From an uncultured Verrucomicrobiae bacterium (GTDB taxonomy: Bacteria > Verrucomicrobiota > Verrucomicrobiia > Limisphaerales > Palsa-1400), in the NCBI GenBank assembly GCA_963707025.1, contig CAVPOM010000009.1, positions 96,001 through 160,000 on the forward strand: a stretch of 64,000 nt of DNA, in the 5' to 3' direction. The position numbers and the translations under genes were made by a program. Position 1 is the stretch's first letter. Every line of letters begins with the position of its first letter. The notes below the pieces were generated by a model. That model was given only the letters and a program-made list of their open reading frames with translations, did not search any database and was not told the origin of the DNA. Shown piece by piece: positions 30,139 through 39,502 of the stretch.

Positions 30139-33066
30139 ATGTTGAAGAGATTCTCCTGTCTTTGCTTCGCGGTGTTATTCGCAACCCGTCTTTACAGCGC
30201 GTCGTCTTACACCGCCCGCCCGGAAGACGCCGCGGCGATCGCCCTTACTAAAGAGGCCTTCCCCGAATTGCATGCGGACGGGATTGGGGATGACACCGGC
30301 CCGATTGAAGGAGCGATTAATAAAGTCACGCAGACCCCATTGGGCCGAGGGGTGGTGTTGGTTCCGCAAGGGCGCTATCGTCTTTCGCGCACGATTCAGA
30401 TTCCAGCGGGAGTTCGGTTGATTGGCTATGGCGCGAGCCGTCCGGTTTTGGTGCTCGGCCCCAACACGCCCGGTTTTCAGGAAGGGGATGGCAAGTATAT
30501 GGTTTGGTTCACCGGTGGCGGAGGAGGGCGCGCGGGCAGGGCAGGGGGGGCGGCGCGCGACGCCAACCCGGGCACTTTTTACAGCGCCCTGGCCAACATT
30601 GATTTTGAAATCCAGGACGGCAATGCCGCCGCCATCGCCATCCGAGCCTACTACGCCCAACATTGTTATCTGGCGCACATTGACTTTCACATCGGCTCGG
30701 GCCGGGCAGGCCTCGGCCAGGCAGACAATGAAGCCGAGGATCTTCGTTTTTACGGCGGCGATTATGGGATCATCACCAAGAGACCGTCGCCGAGCTGGCA
30801 GTTCACCCTTTTGGACTCGGGGTTCGAGGGACAACGGAAGGCGGCCATCGAAAGCCAGGAGGCCGGGTTGACGCTGGTGCGCAATCAGTTTAGAAATGTT
30901 CCCACGGCCATTTCCATAGATGAAGACCACGCGGAGGAATTATGGATGAAAGACTGCCGGCTGGAGAATATCAGCGGCCCGGCGTTGATCATCAGCAATG
31001 AAAAAAACGCCCAAACGGAGATCAATTTGGAGAATATCGTCTGTGCGCGAGTGCCGGTTCTGGCCCGTTTTCGCGAAAGCGGAAAAACGGTGGCGGGTCC
31101 AAGCCCCAACTACGTCGTGAGGGAGTTTTCGCACGGCCTGCAGATCGCCGATCTCAGAAGCACGCCTGAAGTGAAGACTGTGTATGATGCTGTGTCCGTC
31201 GCTTCTCCCCCGGCGGCGGTTGCCTCGGATCTCCCGGCCCTGCCTCCCGTGGAGCAGTGGTCAGACCTCAAGAAGTTCGGTGCGAAAGGAGACGGCCAGA
31301 CGGATGACCTGGCGGCCTTCAAGGCCGCCATTGCCCAGGCCAAAGTGATTTTCCTCCCGTCCGGCTGGTATCGGGTGAGCGATTCCATTCAACTCAAGGC
31401 TGACACCATTCTGGTGGGTCTTCATCCGCTCACCACCCAGATTTCCATCTGGGACGACGCGACAAATTTCACGGGGGAGGGCGAATTCAAAGGCGTCGTC
31501 GAATCTTCCGTGGGTGGAAACAATATCATTCAAGGCATCGGCCTTGACAGCGGAGCCAACAACCGCCGCGCCGTCGGACTGAAATGGATGGCCGGGCCGG
31601 GTTCGATGGTCAATGACGTGAAGTTCATGGGAGGGCATGGCACGTCCCGTCCTGATGGCACGGGTGCGTCTCCCTACAACAGTGGGCACACGGGCGACTC
31701 CAATCCGAAGCGCCTCTGGGATTCGGAAGGGCCGGGACTGCTAGTGACCCGCAACGGCGGCGGCACTTTTGCCGATCTCTGGACGGCGAGCACCTTTTGC
31801 TCTTGCGGCATGATGATCGAGGACACGACGAATTCCGGCCGGGTTTATGAATTGTCAAGCGAACATCATGTTCGCAATGAAATAAGATTGCGCAACGTTT
31901 CCCACTGGCGACTCTACGCGGTGCAGACGGAAGAGGAATGGGGCGAGGGTCCCCGATGCCTGCCGGTGGAGATCAAGAATGGCGCCGACCTCGCGTTCGC
32001 CAATCTTTATCTGTTCCGCGTGGTCGGAATGACGGTGCCGTATCCGTATGGAGTAAGAATTGATTCCTCGCGCGACATTCGGTTCCGCAACGTCCATGTT
32101 TACAGCCAGAGCAAGTTTTCTTTCGACAATCCAGTTTGGGTTTCGGACGACGGCCTGGCCATCCGCCAGCGGGAGATTGGCTCGTTAAATATCTCAGGCC
32201 GTCCCTCCAAAACCAGCCAGCGCCCCCCGCCGGTGCTCCCGTCCGGGGCGAAGGTCGAGAAGCAGGTGGACGGATTCGAGAGCATTGACAACGCAGTGGC
32301 GGACCCGGCGGGGAACGTTTGTTTTGTTGACAACCATGTGCAACACATTTACTGCTGGTATTCGGAAATCCGCAAGCTGACGCTGCTGCCCAACCCCCGG
32401 CTGGAGGCGGCTGCGCTGGCGATGGATCGAGCCGGCCATCTCCTCGTGGTGTCACGCCGCGGCAATGTGTATGCCTTGAACCTGAAGGACACGAACGAAC
32501 CTCCGGCGACGCTCCAACCCGCCGCCGCGTCGGCATGTCCGGGAATGACCGTGGTTGTGCCCGGCAACCGCTGGTATGACTGGCATACATTCGTCGAGGA
32601 CAACCTGCGGAAAATGCCGAACCATTTTGTCTCGCCGGACGGAACGACCTTCATTGCCGCGCCCGACAACTTCCTGAGCAACAACGGACGGCCCCCCGGC
32701 ATTCCGCCGATTGACCTGCTGCGAACCTACGGACTGACGACCGGTGACGCGGCGCATCCCGTTTACGTGGCGGATGAACACATGCACAAAACGTGGTCGT
32801 TCACCGTCGGGCCGGACGGGACGCTTTCCCATCCCAAGCTTTTTGCCGAAGAAGGAGAGGCTGGCGCGGTGGTGGACGTGCGCGGGAATGTTTATGTCGC
32901 GGCGGGAAATGTTTTTGTTTATGACGCCACCGGCAAGCAGATCGGATTGATCGAGGTGCCCGAGCGCCCAACGAGCCTTGTTTTCGGCGGGAAAGACCGC
33001 CAGACCCTTTTCATCGCCGCACGCAGTTCGCTTTACGCCATTCGCACCAAATTCAAGGGACTTTAA
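30139..33066 (+). CDS. Secreted beta-helix (Pectate_lyase_3/GH55-like) protein with C-terminal SMP-30/gluconolactonase domain
   Basis: ATG at 30139 with signal peptide; two A.GDG..DD / P.G.Y repeats; VPERPTSLVFGGKDRQTLFI propeller tail. Confidence 0.85.
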   Translation: MLKRFSCLCFAVLFATRLYSASSYTARPEDAAAIALTKEAFPELHADGIGDDTGPIEGAINKVTQTPLGRGVVLVPQGRYRLSRTIQIPAGVRLIGYGASRPVLVLGPNTPGFQEGDGKYMVWFTGGGGGRAGRAGGAARDANPGTFYSALANIDFEIQDGNAAAIAIRAYYAQHCYLAHIDFHIGSGRAGLGQADNEAEDLRFYGGDYGIITKRPSPSWQFTLLDSGFEGQRKAAIESQEAGLTLVRNQFRNVPTAISIDEDHAEELWMKDCRLENISGPALIISNEKNAQTEINLENIVCARVPVLARFRESGKTVAGPSPNYVVREFSHGLQIADLRSTPEVKTVYDAVSVASPPAAVASDLPALPPVEQWSDLKKFGAKGDGQTDDLAAFKAAIAQAKVIFLPSGWYRVSDSIQLKADTILVGLHPLTTQISIWDDATNFTGEGEFKGVVESSVGGNNIIQGIGLDSGANNRRAVGLKWMAGPGSMVNDVKFMGGHGTSRPDGTGASPYNSGHTGDSNPKRLWDSEGPGLLVTRNGGGTFADLWTASTFCSCGMMIEDTTNSGRVYELSSEHHVRNEIRLRNVSHWRLYAVQTEEEWGEGPRCLPVEIKNGADLAFANLYLFRVVGMTVPYPYGVRIDSSRDIRFRNVHVYSQSKFSFDNPVWVSDDGLAIRQREIGSLNISGRPSKTSQRPPPVLPSGAKVEKQVDGFESIDNAVADPAGNVCFVDNHVQHIYCWYSEIRKLTLLPNPRLEAAALAMDRAGHLLVVSRRGNVYALNLKDTNEPPATLQPAAASACPGMTVVVPGNRWYDWHTFVEDNLRKMPNHFVSPDGTTFIAAPDNFLSNNGRPPGIPPIDLLRTYGLTTGDAAHPVYVADEHMHKTWSFTVGPDGTLSHPKLFAEEGEAGAVVDVRGNVYVAAGNVFVYDATGKQIGLIEVPERPTSLVFGGKDRQTLFIAARSSLYAIRTKFKGL

Positions 33067-33093
33067 TCGTATCAGTCAATAATTAGAAAACCC

Positions 33094-34533
33094 ATGCAAC
33101 CAAACCCAAAGAAATCCGCGGCAGTCATGTTTTTGACGCTGACATTGCTGTTCCGGACTGTGACGCTACCGGCTCAAATCAGTGTGTGGCTGACCGATCC
33201 GGACAAATCAATTCTGTTTCAGAATCAACCAGCCGGCCTGACCTTTGGCAAGGCGGCCGCTGTCATCCAGACCAACAGCAACAGTATGACCAACGCGAAT
33301 CAGACCATCGAAGTGGATGACTCCCAAACCTACCAAACCATGGATGGTTTTGGATGTTGCCTGACTGGAGGCAGTGCCTGGCACCTGATCCGGATGGACG
33401 GCCCCAGCCGCGCCGCCCTGTTGCAGGAAATGTTCGCGGCAGACAGCACCAATATCGGCATCAGCTATCTGCGGGTCAGCATCGGAGCCTCCGATCTGAA
33501 CGACCATGTATTCTCGTACGACGATTTGCCCGCTGGAGCAACGGATCCCGAGATGCGGAAATTCAGCCTGGGGCCAGACCGGGCCGATGTCATTCCTGTT
33601 CTAAGGGAAATTCTAGCCATCAATCCTGATATTAAAATTCTTGGCTCGCCCTGGTCACCGCCACCTTGGATGAAGGACACCAACGATACCCGGGGCGGCA
33701 GCTTGCAACCTCGATTCTATGACGCTTACGCCAAGTATTTCGTGAAGTATATCGAAGGAATGGAGGCCGAAGGAATCAGAATTGACGCGATCACCGTCCA
33801 AAATGAACCTTTGAATCCGAAGAACAATCCGAGCCTGTTGATGCCGGCGCAGGAACAAGCGGCCTTTATCAAGAATCATCTGGGTCCTGCCTTCAGGGCA
33901 GCCAAGATTACTGCCAAAATCATCTTATACGACCACAACTGCGACCATCCAGAATACCCCATTTCCATCCTAAACGACCCTGAAGCGGCAAAATATGTGG
34001 ACGGCTCGGCTTTTCATCTGTACGCGGGCAGTATTCAAGTTTTGTCAGACGTTCACAACGCGCATCCGGACAAGAACCTCTATTTCACGGAGCAGTGGAC
34101 AGGCGCCTCCGATACAATAAAGAGGGCGTTTGACAATCATGTCAGGAATTTGATCATCGGCGCGACACGCAACTGGAGCCGCAACGTGCTCGAATGGAAT
34201 CTGGCGGCGGATGCCAATTACCAGCCGCATACCGACCGAGGCGGATGCAGCCAATGCCAGGGCGCCATTACCATCGAAGGAAACAAGGTTTCCCGCAACG
34301 CGGCCTACTACATCCTGGCGCATGGGGCAAAGTTTATCCGGCCGGGTTCGGTTCGGATCAGCTCCAACAACCTGGATACTCTTGCCAACGTGGCTTTCAG
34401 GACACCTGACGGCAAAAAGGTTTTGGTGGTGCTCAATGGCAGCCGGTCTCCCCAAGCTTTCAAGATTCGTTTCGGAAGCCAGGTTGCTGAGGCCACGTTG
34501 AATGGCGGAGCCGTGGCAACCTGTGTTTGGTAG
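33094..34533 (+). CDS. Glycoside hydrolase family 30 (glucosylceramidase/beta-1,6-glucanase-like)
   Basis: YQTMDGFG, SPWSPPPWMK, TVQNEP, AFHLY, YFTEQW and LEWNL motifs. Confidence 0.92.
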   Translation: MQPNPKKSAAVMFLTLTLLFRTVTLPAQISVWLTDPDKSILFQNQPAGLTFGKAAAVIQTNSNSMTNANQTIEVDDSQTYQTMDGFGCCLTGGSAWHLIRMDGPSRAALLQEMFAADSTNIGISYLRVSIGASDLNDHVFSYDDLPAGATDPEMRKFSLGPDRADVIPVLREILAINPDIKILGSPWSPPPWMKDTNDTRGGSLQPRFYDAYAKYFVKYIEGMEAEGIRIDAITVQNEPLNPKNNPSLLMPAQEQAAFIKNHLGPAFRAAKITAKIILYDHNCDHPEYPISILNDPEAAKYVDGSAFHLYAGSIQVLSDVHNAHPDKNLYFTEQWTGASDTIKRAFDNHVRNLIIGATRNWSRNVLEWNLAADANYQPHTDRGGCSQCQGAITIEGNKVSRNAAYYILAHGAKFIRPGSVRISSNNLDTLANVAFRTPDGKKVLVVLNGSRSPQAFKIRFGSQVAEATLNGGAVATCVW

Positions 34534-34897
34534 TGCATCACTTGGTTTGCTCTCTCGAGCTCTTCTTTAGCAGCGGAACTTCATCCGGGCTGGCCAGGCT
34601 TCTGCCCTTGCTCGGCAGCGCAGAGCTCTCGCGCTCCCAAGTCGAGGAGTTCGTGGCGGAGCTCTCGTGCGCCTACGACGTTGCGGTCGAGGTCCGGCGA
34701 ACGCCCGTGGTCGCGGACTGGAACGTCTCCCGTGAGGCCCGGGAGTTGGAGCGCGCCGGCGTCCGCGAACTCCTCGACGGCCACCACCGCGAAGCCCTTT
34801 ACCAAGTGATGCCCCTGCGGACGGTCGTGCAGGGGACCCGCAACCCGCATCACTGTAATGATGCCGGACGAGGATTGACCCTGCCCCAATAAATCGC

Positions 34898-34925
34898 GCC
34901 CCGCTCTTACGCGGGGCATTTTGTT
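34898..34925 (+). terminator. Putative Rho-independent terminator
   Basis: GCCCCGC-tcttac-GCGGGGC followed by ATTTTGTTTT. Confidence 0.5.
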
Positions 34926-35227
34926 TTCTTGGGGACTTGCGCCGTCCCCAAACCCCGGCGCCGGGCCTCACGCCGGCCCAGACCCGCGCCAGAGGTCAAG
35001 ACCTCATGGACTCCATGTCCGCTCGCGCTGGCTTTCACGCTCCGCGCCCTTTCCTTTCAACGGAAAGGAAATGGTCAAATTGAGCGCCACCTAATGAACC
35101 AACCAGTTTCGCCTCCGCTGCATTTGTGGATATTTGTCAAAAACCACACCTCGATAGTGTTCGCGGTCCACATACCGCGCATGGTATAGTCACCTCCAAA
35201 ATGCAACGCACCTCCAAAGTCCCGTTC

Positions 35228-35522
35228 ATGCGATCGGCGGCTTTCCAGGAATTCATGGCCGAAAGCACCCGACGGCACAAGCTTTCGCCAGAAATATCAT
35301 CCGAAGATTATCTTGCCGCGAAACGAACCCAACTCGAACTCGAAATTGCTGGCAAGACGCTGATCTATTTCGACACCAATCATTTGGTGAACCTGCGGCA
35401 CGTCACGCTCAAAAATCGAAACGCTCTGCCAGCCTATGCAACCATGTTGGAACGATTAAAGGAGCTTCGCCGCGGCGGGAAAATTATCTGTCCTCTCAAC
35501 GGGACTTTATATGAGGAGTTGA
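35228..35522 (+). pseudogene. Truncated PIN-like protein
   Basis: LIYFDTNHL...KIICPLN..LYEEL, then runs into the antisense of the integrase fragment. Confidence 0.45.
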
Positions 35523-35826
35523 GGTCAAACGCCTTGTCCTTCATCGCCCGCTGGCAACGGATCAACGTCGGCCCGGTCTTGGTTCGTGTCATCTCGTCCA
35601 TTGGCGCCTGCCAGGTGCGCTTGGCAATTTCCGGGTCGGTCGCGGTCAGGTACGTCCGGGCGATATGCAGATTGAGGATGGGCTGCCGGTGGGCCTCGTT
35701 TTTGGAATGCAGAAGGGTGAGGGCCTCGGCTTCGTCCTTGGTGCGGAGACTGGTTTGTTGGCGGGTGGTCGTGTCCTCGCTATAGTAAATTCCCGCTCGC
35801 CGGAACATGATGAATTTTTGTTTCAT
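35520..35826 (-). pseudogene. N-terminal fragment of a tyrosine recombinase/integrase
   Basis: MKQKFIMFRR.GIYY.ED..T.QQTSLRTKD...PILNLHIARTYL..TDP...RTWQ resembles integrase N-termini; no catalytic domain. Confidence 0.65.
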
Positions 35827-36006
35827 ATCTGATTCACTGAATCGTGAACCAGTCCAGGCACTTCGCGTTAGCGAGTAGTGGGCGAGTTTCAGCGGAGTAC
35901 TGGCGAATTGTGGCGAATTGTTCTGCCGCGCCTCAATTCACTGACACTTTCACTGACAGTGGCCGTTCCAACTTTCGCAACTCCTTGATGCTCCCACAGT
36001 TGGGAG

Positions 36007-36027
36007 TGGAGGCGGGGGTCGGAATTG
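36007..36027 (-). other. att core: isolated tRNA 3' end (tRNA-Cys-like)
   Basis: Minus strand CAATTCCGACCCCCGCCTCCA (T-arm remainder, acceptor strand, U73, CCA); the 5' part of the tRNA is absent. Confidence 0.65.
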
Positions 36028-36623
36028 CTCTGCGAAACCCGCTATTTAGGCATAAAATAGCATGTTCTTCCGAGGAATCAAGCAGAATCCGGTCGTATCC
36101 GTTTTTAATCCGTTCTAATCATTTTGGTGCATGTTTTGGTGCATATATTTACGCTAACTTTTCTCAGGTTTTGCGCGAGAAACCGTAGATTCTTGGGGAG
36201 TTCCCTGAAGCCGCGCCAGCAGCCCCAAAAATCTGTTCTTGGTCCTGTTGTTCACTGACCGCCATCCCCAATGCTTTCCTCTGCCCGATGAGCACCGCTG
36301 GCTTTTTTCCCATGTGCCCCCCTCCTTCCAATTTGAATGCTTTCGCGGAACGCTTTGTCAGGGCAAGCACGGTATTTCTAACAAATCCCTTGTCAGGGGA
36401 TTTGTTCTATAATAGAACGCCGCCATGAAACAAAACCTCGGGAGGTTGGAAGCGCAGTTTTTCGCGTACGTCCACCGTCGGACAGGTTTTCAAAAATGCT
36501 CTCCTGCCGCAGCGTCCCGACCCGTACTGGTCGTAATAAATAACCGTGTCACCCTCAATGGCGTCAATCTGTCGGATGAAGAGTTGATTTATGTGAAGAT
36601 AGCCGGAGGCGGTCGTTGGTTTT

Positions 36624-37712
36624 TCAGGCATGGCCTTCCTTTCTTAATACTTTTGCACGCAATTGTTCAGCCGCTTCGGCGGATCGCTCGGGCTGATCCT
36701 TCAAATCCATGTACAACTGCACCGGGTGAACACAGCGGATGCCGCCGCGCTCTGCTGCGCCATCGAAAACGCCTTCGTCGTTCGGCACCATCAGCCAGAC
36801 ATTCTCGCCTTTTTGCTCGTCGTGAAAGCCCATTTCCTGCCTCGCCTCCGCGGACGGCATTTGGCCCACATAGAAAACCACCAGCCGAAAGCCGGCAAAC
36901 TGGTTAAGCAACCACGCCCCCGCCAACCCAGTGACCGCGTGGTTCAGCTTGTCGCGTTTCAATTGATCCGACACCCGGCGCAGAATCTCATCACCCGACC
37001 GGGCAGCGACATGACCCCGCACGATGTGGTGCTTGGAGAAATCGTAAGCCTCGCGCCAGGCATCCAACAGCGCATCGTAATCGGCGACCTTCAGTTCACC
37101 GGCGGCATCACGCGCCACCAGGTGCTGTTCTTCCAGATGCCGGACGATGCGGCTCGTAAACCCCTCATCCAATCCGGTCGCCTTTGCCAATGCCCGCTGG
37201 CTGAACCTGCTCTCTGGTTCGATCAAAAACCGGCGCACAATCCGCGCGCTCTTGGGCGCGAAAACACTACGGGGCCGGCCAGGTCGCTTGAATTGGTTTG
37301 GCTTGCCTTCGATGGTCACCCGCAACCCTGGCGCGACCAAATATGCATTGCCTGACAAATCCAGCCAGCAAACCTCCGCTTCCTTGCAAAACCGCTGCCC
37401 CACTTCACCCATGTAGGGCACGGCAACCAACGGAATGCTTTTCTTTTTCCATCGCGCCGCGAACTGCTGCGCCGCGCGCGCTGCCATCGCGACCGCCGCC
37501 GCCTGGCCGGTAGTTTTCCATTCCACAATGAATTTGAATTCCCCCACCGCGACCAGTAAATCCGCCTGCACCGGCTTTCCGCGACCGGCGGCGGGCTGCC
37601 GGTGAACCTTGATACGGTTCAGCGGCACGGCAAGCAGTTCCGCCAGCCGTTTCGGCACATCTTCCTCCAGCCGTTGACTCAATGCTCGATTCACATTGTT
37701 CAAATACCACAA
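36624..37712 (-). CDS. Type IV TA antitoxin, AbiEi-like transcriptional regulator
   Basis: WLDLSGNA.L, wHTH (SQRALAKATGLDEG), LLDAW, GENV.L..PND.GV and VHPVQLYMDL...ER..EAAE motifs. Confidence 0.8.
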   Translation of the reverse strand: MWYLNNVNRALSQRLEEDVPKRLAELLAVPLNRIKVHRQPAAGRGKPVQADLLVAVGEFKFIVEWKTTGQAAAVAMAARAAQQFAARWKKKSIPLVAVPYMGEVGQRFCKEAEVCWLDLSGNAYLVAPGLRVTIEGKPNQFKRPGRPRSVFAPKSARIVRRFLIEPESRFSQRALAKATGLDEGFTSRIVRHLEEQHLVARDAAGELKVADYDALLDAWREAYDFSKHHIVRGHVAARSGDEILRRVSDQLKRDKLNHAVTGLAGAWLLNQFAGFRLVVFYVGQMPSAEARQEMGFHDEQKGENVWLMVPNDEGVFDGAAERGGIRCVHPVQLYMDLKDQPERSAEAAEQLRAKVLRKEGHA

Positions 37713-38433
37713 CTTGATCCAATGGTCAAGCTAGCCAATTTAAGCAAGTTCCTCACTACTCCTGGCGGAAGCTTGCCAAGGCGCTCGTTTGGTGCAATCA
37801 CATGAATTCAAAAAATGAACGCCGACAAAAGATCAATGGCCGGAACTGAAGTCCGGGAAAAGCTGCTGAAAATCGCTGCTGAGATCGCGGAGCGCGGCAA
37901 CGCAAACCTTACCAGGCTGACGGTCCTGAAGAAGTGGTTTGGTCACGCGGGGAGACTGCCTCCGTTCGCCATCTGGGTGGCAAGTCGGGCCATCTCGGGC
38001 AAGGGCAAAACCGGGGTTGAAGCGACCGAGCTTTTCCGCCAGGCGCGAGCACTGCTGGCCAAGGTGAATCCATATGCCCCCAAAGTGGATCGTAAATCGG
38101 CAAAGGTGCTGCACGATCGGCTTCAGACGTTCCAAAATGAATACAAAAACCAGGAATGGGGCCCGGTGCGCATCATCCACAACTGGGACCTCCTGCTCGT
38201 GGAGCAGGCGCTGACCATCTGCGTCTGGTATTCTGACTCGCCCGCCCACGGCTACAAACTGGCGGCGGATTATTGCCAGCATTACGATTCCCGCCACGGC
38301 AACGGTCTGAACGGACCCAGCCGCACGAAAATCGAAGAGATGGCCCGCTTCGTGTGGGCGGCGGCGAGGACGGGATGCAAAACGGGCGGTTGACAACGGA
38401 TCGGTTGTTGCATGATTAAAAGGGTAACATTAT

Positions 38434-38748
38434 ATGCTCACGTTTGCTCAAGCGTTGGAGTTGGCCGAGACCTGGATTAGGATCGTCACGGGAGATCAGG
38501 CTATTGTGGTCAAAGAGGACACGCTCAAACGACCCTACGGGTGGGTTTTCTTTTACCAGAGTCGTAAATACTTGGCCTCTGGCGAGACGCGGGATAGGCT
38601 GGCAGGGAACGCGCCCATTTTAATTGATCGAGTGAACGCCGAGCTTCGAGTCACTGGCACGGCGCACTCGATTGAGAAGTATTTGGCGGACTACGAAGCG
38701 ACGATCCCGGCGGCGCGGAAGCAAATGAGCCCACCGAAAGAGCCGTGA
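38434..38748 (+). CDS. YrhB/Imm35-domain immunity protein (IS21 passenger)
   Basis: YGWVFFYQS..YL.SG...D.LAGNAPILIDR motif. Confidence 0.8.
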   Translation: MLTFAQALELAETWIRIVTGDQAIVVKEDTLKRPYGWVFFYQSRKYLASGETRDRLAGNAPILIDRVNAELRVTGTAHSIEKYLADYEATIPAARKQMSPPKEP

Positions 38749-38758
38749 GTGCGGGATG

Positions 38759-39502
38759 TTAGGGTGTTTCGATCTGATCCTTCATACGGTAACTCCGGCC
38801 TTCCACGATCACCGTTTCGGCGTGGTGCAGGAGCCGGTCCAGCACGGCGCTGGTCAGGGTGCTGTCGTTGTTGAAGATTTTGGGCCAGTTTTTATAGGGC
38901 TGGTTGGTCGTGACGATGGTCGAACCGGTCTCGTAACGCTGGCTGAAGACTTGGAAGAGCAAATCGGCGCCGGTTTTATCGATCGGCAAATATCCAAGCT
39001 CGTCAATACAAATTATGCTGGGGCTCATGTATTTCTTGAGTTCGGCTTTGAGGCGGTGGGTGGATTGGGCCGCCGCCAGAGTGTTGACGATGTCGATGGC
39101 GGTGGTGAACAGCACCGTGTGGCCGGCCAGACAGCCCTCATAGGCCAGCGCGGTCGCCAAGTGGCTCTTTCCGAGGCCGGCGCCGCCCATGAAAATGACA
39201 TTGGCCTTGGCCTTGAGGAAGGAGAGGCGGAAGAGATTTTGCACTTGGGTTCGATTGATTTTCTTGGGCCAAGTCCAGTTGAACTGTTCGAGGGTTTTAA
39301 TGACCGGAAAGCGCGCCGCCTGGATGCGGCGCTGGGTCGCCCGGTCCTTCCGCCGGAGGGCTTCGCCTTCGGCCAGGCGGCTTAGAAAGTCCAGTTGCGT
39401 CCAGTTTTTCTCCGCCGCCTCTTGGGCCAGGGCTTGGTGGTGCTCCTGAAAATAGGAGAGTTTGAGGTAAAACAAATGCGTCACAAGTTGATCGTCGTTC
39501 AT
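38759..39502 (-). CDS. istB: IS21 helper ATPase IstB
   Basis: G.AGLGKSHLA, IDELGYLP, RYE.GS...TTN and LDRLLHH motifs. Confidence 0.95.
   Translation of the reverse strand: MNDDQLVTHLFYLKLSYFQEHHQALAQEAAEKNWTQLDFLSRLAEGEALRRKDRATQRRIQAARFPVIKTLEQFNWTWPKKINRTQVQNLFRLSFLKAKANVIFMGGAGLGKSHLATALAYEGCLAGHTVLFTTAIDIVNTLAAAQSTHRLKAELKKYMSPSIICIDELGYLPIDKTGADLLFQVFSQRYETGSTIVTTNQPYKNWPKIFNNDSTLTSAVLDRLLHHAETVIVEGRSYRMKDQIETP

Noticed and set aside
36007..36027. Functional tRNA gene
   Set aside because: Only the last 21 nt are present; no D-arm or anticodon arm
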